The notes beneath the pieces were generated by a model, which was not told where the DNA came from, made no database searches, and saw only the letters and a program-made list of their open reading frames with translations. A stretch of 64,000 nucleotides of DNA, taken from the NCBI RefSeq assembly GCF_001949145.1, contig NW_019091355.1, positions 1,554,546-1,618,545 on the forward strand. Direction: 5' to 3'. Source of the DNA: Acanthaster planci. Taxonomy: Eukaryota. Position numbers and translations under genes: made by a program. Below are positions 26,301 through 39,185 of the stretch, piece after piece (within the stretch, counting starts at the first letter, position 1; each line of letters opens with the position of its first letter).

Positions 26301-29300
26301 AATGTTACGCTCAAAAGCTGACCTCATGTAACACAATGTAGAAATGCAACATAGGCAAAACATTGCTATTAAGGATTTGTATAACAACGAGACAAAGGCG
26401 AAGCCTCATTGACCATTTCCCCATTGACCATTTCCTCATTGACCATTTTTTGGTAGGAAACACAATGTTACTGTACACAAACCATAAGCACTCTCGTGCC
26501 TGCACGATTCTTATCGTACTACGTGTGTGCTTACCTTGCACTCTATACCAAGGCCTGTAGGGGCGATATCCACCATGTTTGCTTTTACTTTCCTGTACCG
26601 GTGCCCAACATTTCTTGACTTTATCTCGAAGCCTTCTTTCTCTCCAATTTCCTCGGCCTAATTCAAGCTCACAGGTTGATCGTTGTCGACTTTCGTTTAA
26701 AAACGTGCCTCATGCAATTGACAGCTTTACTGAAATGTGCAGGGCGCGTCAAAAAAGCCATTTGAACACAAGACCATTGTCAAAAGACCTTTGTCAGTCG
26801 ACACATGGTTGCTTGTATCATCGCGCACAGCATTGTCCAGGTGCATTGTAAGAACGCTATAGCCTGCATACCTCCACACACACATTCCCAAATCCAATCA
26901 GACCCTAGACCATTTCCTTAAAATTTGTTCGCCTTTATTCAATTTGTTTTCCGTCTAGTAGAGATTGACATTTGACGCTTAACATGTCCCTCCGCTGACT
27001 GGAGTTCATTACCTATTCAAGCCGAAGCTACTTCTAGTTCAAGCTAAAGAACTCCCATCTTTGCCCAGTTCCAGGTGCTTTGAAGCGCCTCCCCTTTGTA
27101 CGCTGCAGAAATGTTTTACGCACCCTAGCTTAAACGTCCCTGGGAGAATAAAGTTACGACTGTACCCTTTTGAAAATGCGGCAGTGCATTTTATTTGTCT
27201 GATTCTGTTTTCATTACCCAATGTGTATTGCTCACTGGCCATTTGTTATGCTGGCATTATTTGTTTTTGCTGTAGGGGACTAGTTCGTTGAGACAAATCA
27301 CACGCGGCCGAAGCACCTGCGAACATAGACTGGCCATTCAAGTCCTCTAATGCGCTTCTTAATGGAACCTCTCGAAGTTCTAAGCTTCTAGAATTATTGG
27401 CACCTGCAGGCATCTTCGACAGGGAAACATTTTACCGATCTTTACAGGTTACTTGGGACGTTGAGTCAAGAAATGGGCAGCTTTTGAGTGGAAGCTGACC
27501 CAAAGGAGGTCATCAGAACGGTGAAAAGGACATCCCAGTGGCACCATAACGTCCTTTTTTTTTGTGGCTTGACCTTCCTTGCATGCAGGTCTTGGGAAAC
27601 CACCAGGCCTGGCGAGGACCTCTTGTCCTCTTCTTTTGTTCTGTGTCCTCAGTTTGCTAAACACGCACAAGAACATCCTATTTATGTCCTACAAAAATGC
27701 AGTTAGCGATGGCTTCTTGTAATGGGGGGTCAATTGCCATGAACACCCGTGCTTGTAGAGGGTTGTATGATATTACTGGACTTATAAATAAGTTTAAGTT
27801 TTTGAGTGACTTGCGTCTCACTTGAGGCACTCGCCTTCGAAACTCGACCCTGCCTGGCACGGTATTGAAGCCTGCGCTACACGTTCGTCAATAAAATGAT
27901 TGGTGGGGGTGGTAGGGTGATGACAGCGCGAGTTTACAAGCTGGCTGCCTCGGGTCCCCGAGGGTGGTGCCCAGGTGTGTAAATTGTGTACAGTTTGGCC
28001 TATGACTGATCCCTGACGTCTTCAACCTGGGTAGATGACAGGTTGACTCAAGGTTAAATTAGCTTTAAAGGGAGATTTTCTTCTAGTCTGTTTCAAATTT
28101 TTTCCCTGGATTTCCTCTCCACCAACGCCTTTGTCATTCCGACGCGAATCGCAGGTGTCGTTAAACTTTGTACGCGCATATGGTGCCCAACTGAACAGTA
28201 ACGTCTTGACTTTGAAATAAAACTTCAGTTGAAGGGGGTATAATAAAATATTCGGAGGCGAACCTTGAGTCAGCAGAGAGATAATTTCTTCCAAGGTCGG
28301 CAATCATTAACTTTCAGTTTATGACTCCTCGTTCAATGACAGAATGGATAAAAAATTCATACAGGAAGTCTCAAAACCCACAAACACCATGAATAAATAA
28401 ATGAACAATTTCTGATACTATCAATGTTGCAAATATGCATTTCAATAGCTGGAAACGCGTGAGTGGTGTCCTGTAATGGTTTGTCGCACACATCATTTAT
28501 TTCATACATTAGGAGTCTAAAATACCCAGCTCCACTGTAAAGGTTGTATTTGATCATAAATTTCTTTCGAATAAGTAGAGCCAGGCAAGACGAAGCCAAA
28601 AAAAAACTCTTAAATGTCTCTTGTGGTGGCGCTATCTCCTTTTAAAAGCGATGGTTGAACGAGACGCCAAAGTTCGAGAGATACTCTCAGAACTTTCCCA
28701 ACTGGAAATTTTTGTAGCAGGTGGGCAGGGAAGACTTCAAGCGAGGGGAGGCCGTCTTAGGTATGCCGACGGCGTGTCTGCCCCGGCCGGTGCGATACTG
28801 CCGGGTCGGCTCATGTTTTTATCCCCTGCAGGTGCCAGCGACGTTAGCTGTAATGCCTCTGGCTCCAGGGGGGTACAGCTGCGAGAGGGAACCGGCGGCT
28901 TTGATCCCAGCGCTAGGTTCCAGAGCAAAAGCCCTGATGCGAACAGGTGGGCTAGGTGGTTGTCAGGACTCTGATCTGGCAGATAATAGAAAACCAGAGG
29001 GGGTAAGATGAACGCTTGTCAGAACTGAAGACAGGTTGGAGCCAGTGAGCTAGCATTTTTTTTGGGGGGGTGGTACTTGGGCTTACACCAGTCCCACAAA
29101 GATTAAAAACAGCACTAGAGCCAAGGAAAATAAACAGGTCATCGTTGTAAATGATGGAAGCATATTGTGTGTCCCAGACACCGCACAGAAAAGTATACGC
29201 ATCCTCCACTGATGGGTCCATGTGTGAGTTGTGCATGTCCTCAAATTACACTTGTGTCAAAAGTTACAAATCATCGTAGAATGCAATCAAAACACATCTT

Positions 29301-32300
29301 TACCTCCTTCTGAGATGTCTTCAGCTGTTTAGACTGTTTTCTGCTGGTGTTAGTGATTATGTTTGTCACATCCATTTACTGATATGATAAGTCCTGACTT
29401 CTTTGCAAAAGTACTGATAGGTATATGCTTGATGCCGACCCCCGTTTAAGCTCTAGTTCAAGGTACACACTTTTGTCGTCATTAGCCCTGTTAAGAACCC
29501 TCCCTAGGTATCCATTTCTGCTCCATTTGGTTTTCTGGATGTTCTAAAAAGAACGGGTCCAGTTGATAGACAGAGGGCCTAACGTGGCACGCTTGTCCCC
29601 AAGGCAACTGACTTTGAGAAAAGTGTAGATGATGACTGGAGAACTGATAATAAAGCCCTATCCTCTCCAAATCATCACCAAAATGTACTGTCATCCAGGA
29701 AGCAGTATTACAGTTGACTTAGGCCTATGGTTCGCTGCGATACACAGGCGTCGCGATGGGGGAGACGGGGGCACTTATCCCCCCCCCGGAAAAAAAAAAG
29801 AAAACTAAAAGGGAAACGGGGAGAAAGGCGTTGAAAAGGAATGAAAACTGACAAGTTTCTTGATAAAAATCCTCAAAATTGACACCCTCCCACCAGCAGT
29901 TGATCGTTTACCGTTTACCGTTTCTTAGCTGACGGGGATTTGCCTCCTGCCCTGGTGATTTTCTCCCCTATGTGTCCCTCCTGGAAAAAAACCTTGCAAA
30001 GCCCATGTCCAGTTAAGACTTTATGCCTAAATCATTTAGTTTCATTAGAAAGAAAAAACAATACCGACAGCATTAATCAGATACAAGAAAACACAGGATA
30101 CAATCACATACCAATTTCAAAGACAAGAATAAAAACTCGACAAATCCAAATAAACCATGCTCCTGTGCAATCATTTAAAATCAACGTAATAACCATCAAT
30201 ATCTCTCCCATAGCTTATATTATTTACAGATAAATAAATAAATTGCGCCAATACAATGATAATGATGATTCATATCTGATATGATTCACCCGGGGCGATA
30301 TGAAAGTAGTCTTCTCGCCCAACTTTGAGAAGTGTTCCCTTGTCAGCGACAGGATGAACCTTGTTACGTATGACTTCGGGTTGGTTCGACTTGTCACAAC
30401 ACAGGTGAATCGTTTGTCTACAGGTGTGTGATCGGTTTGCGCAGGCACCCATTCGTGAAGTCCGGCATGATGAAGCATAGATGGATGAAGGGACTTGCCT
30501 TGTGTCAGTGCGATGAGGTGGCCGTTTGGATCCGACGTTGAGCTATGCTTTTGTGACTCAGATCAGATGGACGAGTTGAAGGAAGAGGAAAATGTTTCAG
30601 TGATGGGCTCTTTCAAGTTCTTTAGAGAGTCCTTCATTTATGTGCATGAAAGTACACGCTTTGGTGGTTACATTGGAAAGTGTTTCTTCTGTCCTCCTTC
30701 CGCTCTAACGTTCCCAAGCCGATTTGAACATGATACAATAATGTGAGTAAAAGCAACTTTCATCTGGAAATTATTTCATCTATTTGCAGGAACTGGAACG
30801 GGCTTTGTATAAGCTAGCCATTACAGGGGCATTCTTGGGTTGGAATGGGAAACAGTCTCATATTTCCCCCACCAAATTGGGGTTGAGCTTTTGCTTCCAA
30901 GGCACAATACAGATACACGTATATAAGCTATACTGAAGTGTTTTGCAAGGCACAAAATTCAAGAAAAGTTGACAATCATATCTGCTTGGCATGCCGGCAT
31001 GTCAAGTTCGTCTGATCGTGTTCATAGTAGATATTTCTGGATTTGGAGTCTCAGTTCTACGCTCCCCACGGTACGGACGCGTGCAGATAGACCACGGTTC
31101 TTGAATTTAATTTTCAATGACGTACCCCACACCGAAAGCCAAAAGCAGCCGAATCCCTCAGATCGCTTCAGAAAGGGCATTGACGGTTCTCTGTGGTGTG
31201 GGAGTGGAAGCTTATGGGTTCTGACAACTCAGTCTTACAATTACCGGTGTTGGCCAAGCCGCCTCTAATCCAATAAGTCACCAAAGTGCCGAGGGAAAAA
31301 AGATCACAAGGGCCAGGTTTTTCCAGGCAAACATGTAACAATTTGGAGAAATTTCAACAGGACTTTTAGCCTCTGAATGATTGGGAGTGTATAAAAAACA
31401 GGCCTCAGGCGGCTAAAGGTTATTTCTGCTATGCCACATGCAGATGCCTATGCGCTCGCACACACCTGTGCCCGGAAAATTAGTCAAGGTGTGCAAAAAG
31501 GCCATTTGTCCTCCGGGTTAAAATATTACACTCTTTATGGACGGCTACTCAATCTCTTTACGAAAAGGCGAAAAAAGATCTCACTGAAAGGTTGCACCAA
31601 CATTTCTCCCAACTAGGGAAACAAGAGTCAAAAAGAAGCCAGTTCCGGAAATTGTTTTTCCCTGCTTTTTTTTTCTTCTGCTCAATTTTCGAAGAGGTAG
31701 GTAACGTGCCTGTTTATTAATTCGGATGATTACATCCTTGGCATGCGTGTCGGGCGGAATGAAAGTTAATCGACCGAGCCCAAATAGTCCAGTCACACCT
31801 GCATCCTTCATGGAGGTCCGTCTATTTTTAATCCGGTCATTTCTGACGCAGCCTGTTATCAAACGCATTCGTCCACCGAGTGTGTGTGGGCGCGTGGGGT
31901 TGATGGTTAATAGGCCGCTTTTTGCCTGGTTTGCAAATATAAGTCTTCTCACCCGTCACCATAACGTCACGCAGCTGAGCTGTCATTGGCTCCCATAGGG
32001 CTTCCCCGAACTTGTTACCAAGTCACTGCTTATGTAAACTTTATGAAAATGGCCTTTGCCATGACCTTTATTTAAAGTATTCGTTACAGGACACAGAAAA
32101 ACACAGTTAACGAACAGAAGGACGGGTGCTGATTTCTGTTTATGAAGCGGGTCATTAAAGGGGGAGTTAACAAAAGCAAAAAAAAAAAACATGCATGCAT
32201 CTCACGCACAGAAAAGGAAGGTACAGTAACAGTTGGGGACAATATGAGAGGAAAATCTAAAGTTACACTGTTTTCTTGGACATTTTTACAGCCAACAAGC

Positions 32301-34426
32301 ACCGACTCCATTTTCAGTTCAACCTGAGCCACGTGCCTCCGACGGAGATGCTCTTGCAGGCCGAACTCCATCTCTTCCGGCTCAAGCCCAAGATACGACC
32401 CACCGTCTCGGCGTCTGGAAAACGGCAACCCTTCTACCAGGTACGCCCTCCACCGGTCTGATTTCCTCTTGCACCGAGCAGGAATCGAACCATGCAACGT
32501 TTGCGAATGCTGATTACCATAATTATGAACAATGATATGACGTAACGTTTGTATTCTTTCCCTTTTCCGCAGATCCAACTCTATCAGCTTGCCAATGACG
32601 ATCTCACGTCGCTAGAGGGCGCTAAACTCATTGGACTGCGTTTGGTGGGAAGCGTGGGGACTGAATGGGAAGTCTTCAGTATTACAGAGGGTGAGAATCT
32701 GTTGCGGGTGTTTATTAGGCATCGTAATATGCAAAGAACTGCATCGTGGAGATTGTGAAACGCAGCGGTGTTATGTTCGCGCTTTCAAGTGTGGTACCCA
32801 GAAAATGTTGTTTGTTTTCCGTAAAACCTCAGCCATGAGCTTGCAAGAAAACTTTGGCTCGATCTTAAAGTTGTAAATCATTCCGTCCATAGAAAGTGTA
32901 AGTGGATAAATGATGAAATGGAAGTGACAACCAAAATGGAGGTTCTACCAAAGTGTATGTTGAGATGCTTACAGTACCCAAATGTCCAGTTTAGGGTTGC
33001 ATAATAGGAGTATGTGTTATCGGCAGTGATAGAAACGTCCAAGACTGCTTCGAATTAATCGATGCTTGGCCTTCCGTTCCAGCCGCTTCAAGGTGGCTCG
33101 CCGACGAGAGCTCAAATCACGGCGTGCTGGTAACGATCACGTCACTCACCGGAGAGCCTATGGACGAGAACTTCATCCGGTTTGCCCAACAGGGCAAGCA
33201 CCACCCGAGCAAGCACCCGTTCCTCGTGTTGTACACCAGCGACCTGCGGCAGGCAGACAATTCCCAATCGGGGCAAGGTGGGTTGTGGGATAGGACGGGG
33301 GGGCTTTGGGGCTGATGTTTAGGTAATTGTGCGGGTGGTGTTTGGAGGAATTTGGAGCAATAGCGGAAAAACGGTGACTATCGGTCGAAGTTGACAGATG
33401 TTCATCTTCACAAATTCGCAGGACACACTTCTGGCGTCACAAATTGGCGTTCGTGTTCGCTTTTGGCGGCGCCGAGCTTGAGCCAATCTAGACATTCTCC
33501 GAGACCGTCCATGATGTTGTAGACTCTGGGATTGATAGCGCATGACATCCCCTTTACCTCGAGAAATTGACCGCGATCAATCAGCGTAAGGCCGAGTGCT
33601 ACCAGCCAATGAACACCCTTTTACTGTCGTTTCTAACCTACGGCTCCAATTGGCTGGCGTGAGGGGGTGGCAGAAGATTTGGTATCATGGCCAACGGACA
33701 CTAAAACCGTGTCCGAATATTTGGCTGTGACCTGAAATTACGCACGAGTCTATGGTAGTGGCCGCTGACAGTTCCCATACAGTAGTAGCCTAAAACTACT
33801 ATTTCTCACCCGTGTTTTCTGTTTTTGTGTACACAGGAGCTGCTGGAAGTGCATATGAGAATTTCTTCGAGACCTACGGAAACCTCAACTCGGCTCCATT
33901 CACCGACTCCACGCAAGCCGGCCCCACACCCAACGTGCACACCAACCGCTACGCCCCCGACAAAGTATCGGCCACGAAACAAACGCGGACGGGGTCTGCC
34001 ACGTCCAGAAACCGGCGGGACAACCGGCAGGATTTGGTGCCGACGGAAGACCCAGTCACGGACAGTGGTGGTAACAGCGGCGGTGGCAACAGCAAGAGGG
34101 ACCACCGGCTCAAGGGTACGTGTGCCCGAAAGTCCATGTACGTGGATTTTCACGAGATCGGGTGGTCTGACTGGATCATCTACCCGGAGGGCTACAATGC
34201 GTTCGAGTGCACCGGCCGCTGCCCCTTCCCGCTGAGCCAGACGGTCCAGCCGTCCAATCACGCCACGGTACAGAGCCTCATGCATCTCATCTCGGCCGAC
34301 GTGGCAGCGCCTTGTTGCGTGCCCAGCCAACTCGACCCCATCGTCGTCCTGTTCTTTGACAGCGACGGCAACGTGGTGCTCAAGCAGTTTGACAACATGG
34401 TGGCAACCGCTTGTGGCTGCCGTTGA
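20332..34426 (+). CDS. admp: ADMP-type (anti-dorsalizing morphogenetic protein) BMP/TGF-beta family preproprotein, 5 exons, 493 aa
   Basis: Exons 20332-20761, 32292-32440, 32573-32690, 33083-33277, 33837-34426 (GT-AG, in phase, 1482 nt). Signal peptide MLFHPRSIILLVITVCHLTVS; prodomain motifs PPPFMLNLYNSVAD..PFNANTVRSLPDK, LLQAELHLFRL and RFAQQGKHHPSKHPFLVLYT, typical of ADMP; furin site RNRR (34007-34018); 7-Cys mature domain CARKSMYVDFHEIGWSDWII..NHATVQSLM..PCCVP..NMVATACGCR. BMP family is certain; ADMP versus ADMP2 is unresolved. Confidence 0.88.
26404..26448. repeat. 15-bp tandem repeat x3
   Basis: CC(T/C)CATTGACCATTT repeated three times in Admp intron 1. Confidence 0.85.
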
Positions 34427-36939
34427 AAACAAGTATTTAAAACAAAAATTGAAGGGGTTCACTGGTCATATACATTTATATAAAAAGGGAAGAAAATTCT
34501 GATATTGAACAACTAGAAACAGTTGTTCAAATTGCTCTGAAAGGAAAGAACAGACCAAGTGTTTTTCGAGCCTGTATAACTTATCTCCAACTGTTCATTC
34601 AGTGCTCAAACTACAATCTTACAGTGCTCAACCTCTCACTTAAGTCTTTATGTGGACAAAATGCTATGATATAGAATCTAATTATTAGTACGTAAACAGT
34701 GCAAGTGGTTAAATTTGCATGTCTTTAGTGTACATACAAGGTATCCTCAATGTTCCCCATATTTTAGGGTTTCAAATCCAATGTGGTCGTCCGGTCATGA
34801 AATTTTCATCGTCTAAAATCTGCGATGCGTACTCACGTTTGTTCATCTGATTGTCCACCTGTTTGTTTATTAAAAGGGCAGTACATTATTTCTCTCGGTG
34901 CCAAATGAACGCTCCCGATACACCACAGACCATTTCCCAACTCATGCTTTGACTCTACGAGTTTTTAACAGCAAATAGTTCAACAGCTAAGTAATAAATG
35001 GCCAATTTCTTAACACGCTGCAAAGAAACAGCCATCGTCTGCGTGTAGTATAAACAAAACCAGGATTCCTTTCTTCATATCAGCGGTAAAAATTATTTTC
35101 TTACCTTCCCTTATTATAATTTTATTCTGTTTAAAAAAATGTTATTTTTGATTTATGAATAATGAAATGTGCACCCAGCTTTGTATTCAAAACAAATCCG
35201 TAAGATAACGTGCAGAAATTTTTCAAAGTTTCTGAGGGAAGACGCAAACTGCAGGCTCCTCGTCACGAGCACCATTCATACACTGCAACCAAGTCTTTAA
35301 TTGGCTCTCTTGGATAGGCAGCGAGTTGCAAAACAAACCCCGAGCTGGACAAAGAGAGGGTGCAAGTTTCCTACCAACAGAGGCTCCTTTGGTAGGAACT
35401 GCATTTGGTTGGTTTACAAACGACTAAGAAACGCACACGTTACGGTCACGTCGCTACCAACTGAATACTCCCAACCAACATGGCTCTTATTAACCAATGA
35501 GGGCGTGCTCTGCGGATACCTGTGTATCTCCTTCACGAAGTCCAGAGCTGAGCAATATAAACCTGAACTGACAACAGACAGTACACTTAAATTTCTGCTC
35601 AACCCACGTACCTTCGAGTATTAGACCTTATTTCTTAGACATAAGGGACTATAGTTTATCGAATGTAAATATTAAATAAAAACTTCTTTATACATTAGCG
35701 TTGTTTTTATGTTTGCCAATAAAGTTGAATGTTGTGTTCAATATTTAGAAGTTGACATGTATTATAAGATGAAGATGTTACGGATTATTTCCTCACGTTG
35801 TACAAAACCCGTGTTATATGAAGCATCTATGGTTCAAAATTTATGTTGCATTAAAAAAAGGAATTATTTGTGACCAACGTAAGTGCCAGTGCATTTCGGA
35901 TTGAAACCTTGCTCAGTAAATCCAACTCTGAGAAGGGCACTTATCTTGTAACTACTTGTTATAATGAAGCAAGCCAGTTCGTATTCCAACAGCGCATGCC
36001 CAACACGAAGCGCGTTCGAGGTCATTTGGTAATAGCTGAAGACGCGCGCACGAGGTCTACCCTATCAGCGAGGCCATACGCTGACTGGTGCGCGTCCTTT
36101 GTTCTCGAATGACCCTGACCTATTGAAATACCGAATAGGTTCATTTTGAGTCCTGCAGCATAAAATGGTACTTGGTTTGTGCAGTTCCAAATCCATCGTA
36201 TCTTACCAAAAACTTTGTAGGATTTGGGCAAATTAATTTTGTGAAAACATGCAGTTTTCTATTCTGTAACAGCAGAACCATTTCTTCAGCAGTGTCTGGA
36301 CAAAAAGACATCATACATCATAGTTCTTCCTGACCAAGCTACTTAGGATTTTCATCGTAGTAGTATTCCCACGTGTCCAAAATGAACTCTGAGCATAATC
36401 TCTCACAGACGAAATTTTCAGAAACCTGCTGCAAACATTTCTAGGTAAATTTAATTTCTATTCAACACATTTGAGTTAGTGCTTGTGAATTCAAGTTTAA
36501 TCTTTAAGCTGCAGTTGGCCCAACCTAACGGACCATAAAAAACAAATATAAAATGTTACAAATGCTATTTTGTTTAAGTTCTGGGTTCCACTGGTGGAAA
36601 AGTTCTTTGAGAATTTATTTGAAATTCCACAAGCTGACATGTCTAATTAGTGTTTCATCAATTCTTTGTACATTTGTACATTCTTAATCGTCTAATAAAT
36701 TGGTATTATTTAATCACACTAGCCTGTGTGCCTGTGGTGTGCTTGTCTGTGCGTATGAGTATGGGTCTCCTAAAGAACTTCATGCAAACCAGTCTGGGCA
36801 CATGACCACTTTCTTGGGAACCTGCCAATTTGGCTTAATTGAGGTGGCTGCTTTGTGTTCAGAGCCGTAACCACATTGTTACTGCCATAAAAGGAGCTAC
36901 TCCACAGCTACGCATATGGTTGGATCCCTGCACTATGTG

Positions 36940-37072
36940 TTGTCCAATAGAGATTTTGCGTGGTAGCCATATTGCAGGGCTGTTCTTTTGTTCCACAGGG
37001 AAACTTCCTTTGTGCATACCCTGTGGAACAAAAGCACTGGCCTGCAAGATGGCTGCCATGCAAACCCTTTCT
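36940..37072. mobile_element. Palindromic MITE-like element, copy 1
   Basis: Long imperfect hairpin: TTTGCGTGGTAGCCATATTGCAGGGCTGTTCTTTTGTTCCACAGGG paired with CCCTGTGGAACAAAAGCACTGGCCTGCAAGATGGCTGCCATGCAAA. About 70 nt are nearly identical to the reverse complement of 44092-44163. Confidence 0.7.
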
Positions 37073-37688
37073 TGATCATGACTGATTCATGGGTACTGCC
37101 AAAGCAATATGACAAACCAACTGCCTCATTGAAGCAAAGATTGTGAGGGGGAGATGGAAAAGTCAATGTTTGGAGAATCCTGCTCAGGACATCAAGTGCT
37201 ATAAATCGACTCCTCGTCCTCTGAGTCAAAAAATATCTTGCCACAGTATTATCCCAAACCTTTCACATTTGTGCAAGCATACTTCTTGGCTATTCATTCA
37301 ATGCTCCAAAGTTTGGGGAGTGTAGCAATGCCCATCACAAATCCATCATAACCTTGGCCATGTAAACAGGGGTCTCACTATTCACAGATCACGTAAGTAG
37401 CAGGAGGCTGGTATTTGCAATTGAGGGACTTTTATGGACTTGTGAGAACTTGAATGCATCCGGACAATCTTTTTAACTGAATACACGTGCATGTAATATG
37501 ATTTAAACTACTGCTCTGTAAGGAAAATGAACTGGATATATTCTTTGAAAACAGAAATTATCTCAGCCGATTTTGAAGTATGCTTCACACTGGAGCACAA
37601 TATGACAGAAGTGTAATTCCAATAGAGCCTAACAGTTCTGCATTTATTGAAATATCTACATCTACATCAAGCCTTGAGCCCGCTTTTG

Positions 37689-38989
37689 TCACCTAGGCTG
37701 TGGAAACTGTTGCAGGAGACTTGTCGCTTGCTGACTGGTCATCTTGCCAGCAATTTTACCGCTCTTAACGGCAGCCTTGGTTTCCTGTCTCACTTTCTGC
37801 AGAAGAGACATCACCAAACAATACTAGGATTTACCAATTTGATCAGCCATGCCCTTTAAAAGGCAGATGGAAAGTGGGCGCAGCAATCTGCCACACCTTC
37901 CCCCGCCCTTCCCCCAATGCAACAATCAACGGTAAATGTTTACACAATACTAAGGCAAAATCCTGGCTAAACTAAAGTATTCTTAAAGAGATGAAAAACT
38001 AGCAACACTGGCCGGAAAATTTCATCAACATAAACTGCTTGTGACCTCTGTAATCCCAATGAGATATGGGTTTGCCATTAATCTGAGTAACATTACTACG
38101 ATAGAACTCCACAAACTGCCTTTTTTAACATTCGGACATATCGCTCAACCATGTCAACATGTTTTAAAAGGCAATTTGTTCATGTGGAATCCTCGTTAGG
38201 CCTATTCAGAATTGCAAACACAAAGGACTTGGCTTAGTAGTATTGCCCTTCAATCCATGAGGATAAGTAATGTGTCCAAGTTAGGCAGGCAAGAGTTCCA
38301 TTAATTGACAACACTTGAGGCCCTGCGCATAAACCTAAGAGACTTGGCTGAAAAACCTACCGGTAAGTGTTTTCTAAGTAAAATGCTTCAGAATTTCTCG
38401 GCTAAATTTCACTTTGTAGGACATGTTATCAGTTTCAGATGGCTGTTATAACATTTTAAAGGAAAATTTGTGTTGTCCGTAGGTGTAAGGAACTCTTTCC
38501 ATTAGGCCTATTTAACATCATTGTGAGGGTATATCGTCAAAGTGACATCTTTCCCTTCCTGACATTACCTTGGCTTCCATGCAGCACTTCTCGAAAAGTC
38601 GGATCTCCTCAGTGCAATCTGTGTCGTTATAATCATGTTTTTTCCAGCATGCCATTAAAACACTCATCTCCGTGATGCATTCCGCAGCTGTTATTGATTA
38701 AAAAGCATACATCACTCGATAATTTTTAAACAAAATTTAAAAGCGTAAAAACCCTGCAATTACGAGTAAATTTTGCAAATTACCGGAACCAAAAAGCAAC
38801 TAGTCAAACTGTTATTGTTAAACATGTTGAAAGACATGAAAGAGTCAGTTTGATATCCGGCAACTCACCTCCAGGCCTATTCTTTCTTAAAGCCACTTTA
38901 TCTCTCAGCTTAAACTCTCTTTGCCGAAACTCAAATCTATTTGGCCAATAGTGATTTCTGAGGATGATTTCATTCATACGTTTCGACAT
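37689..38989 (-). CDS. CHCHD1: CHCH-domain protein 1 (mitoribosomal small subunit mS37), 3 exons, 115 aa
   Basis: Exons 38989-38869, 38687-38569, 37796-37689 (GT-AG, in phase). Protein MSKRMNEIILRNHYWPNRFEF..PGAAECITEMSVLMACWKKHDYNDTDCTEEIRLFEKCCMEAK..ATSLLQQFPQPR*. It has a twin CX9C motif and the CITEMSVxMACWK signature of CHCHD1; AATAAA lies about 40 nt past the stop. Confidence 0.92.
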
Positions 38990-39185
38990 TTTTGCAGCCC
39001 TTTTTCCCTACGTAAAAATTCAGTTTCGTGCGTTGTCGGTCATCGACGAAGGGTAATATCTGAGGTCACCTTTCAATAAGTCAACGCTTGAGGGCGTAAA
39101 TAACACTACTAATCGCACATGGTTCCAATTTCTGATTCTGGACTGGTCTGTTTCGTCAGTGGAAAGGCCTGTAATTTGCCAGGAA
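38990..39185. promoter_or_regulatory. Bidirectional promoter/5' UTR region between CHCHD1 and METTL14
   Basis: Only 196 bp separate two divergent start codons. Confidence 0.7.

Noticed and set aside
33806..34462. 218-aa antisense ORF
   Set aside because: Shadow of the GC-rich Admp last exon.
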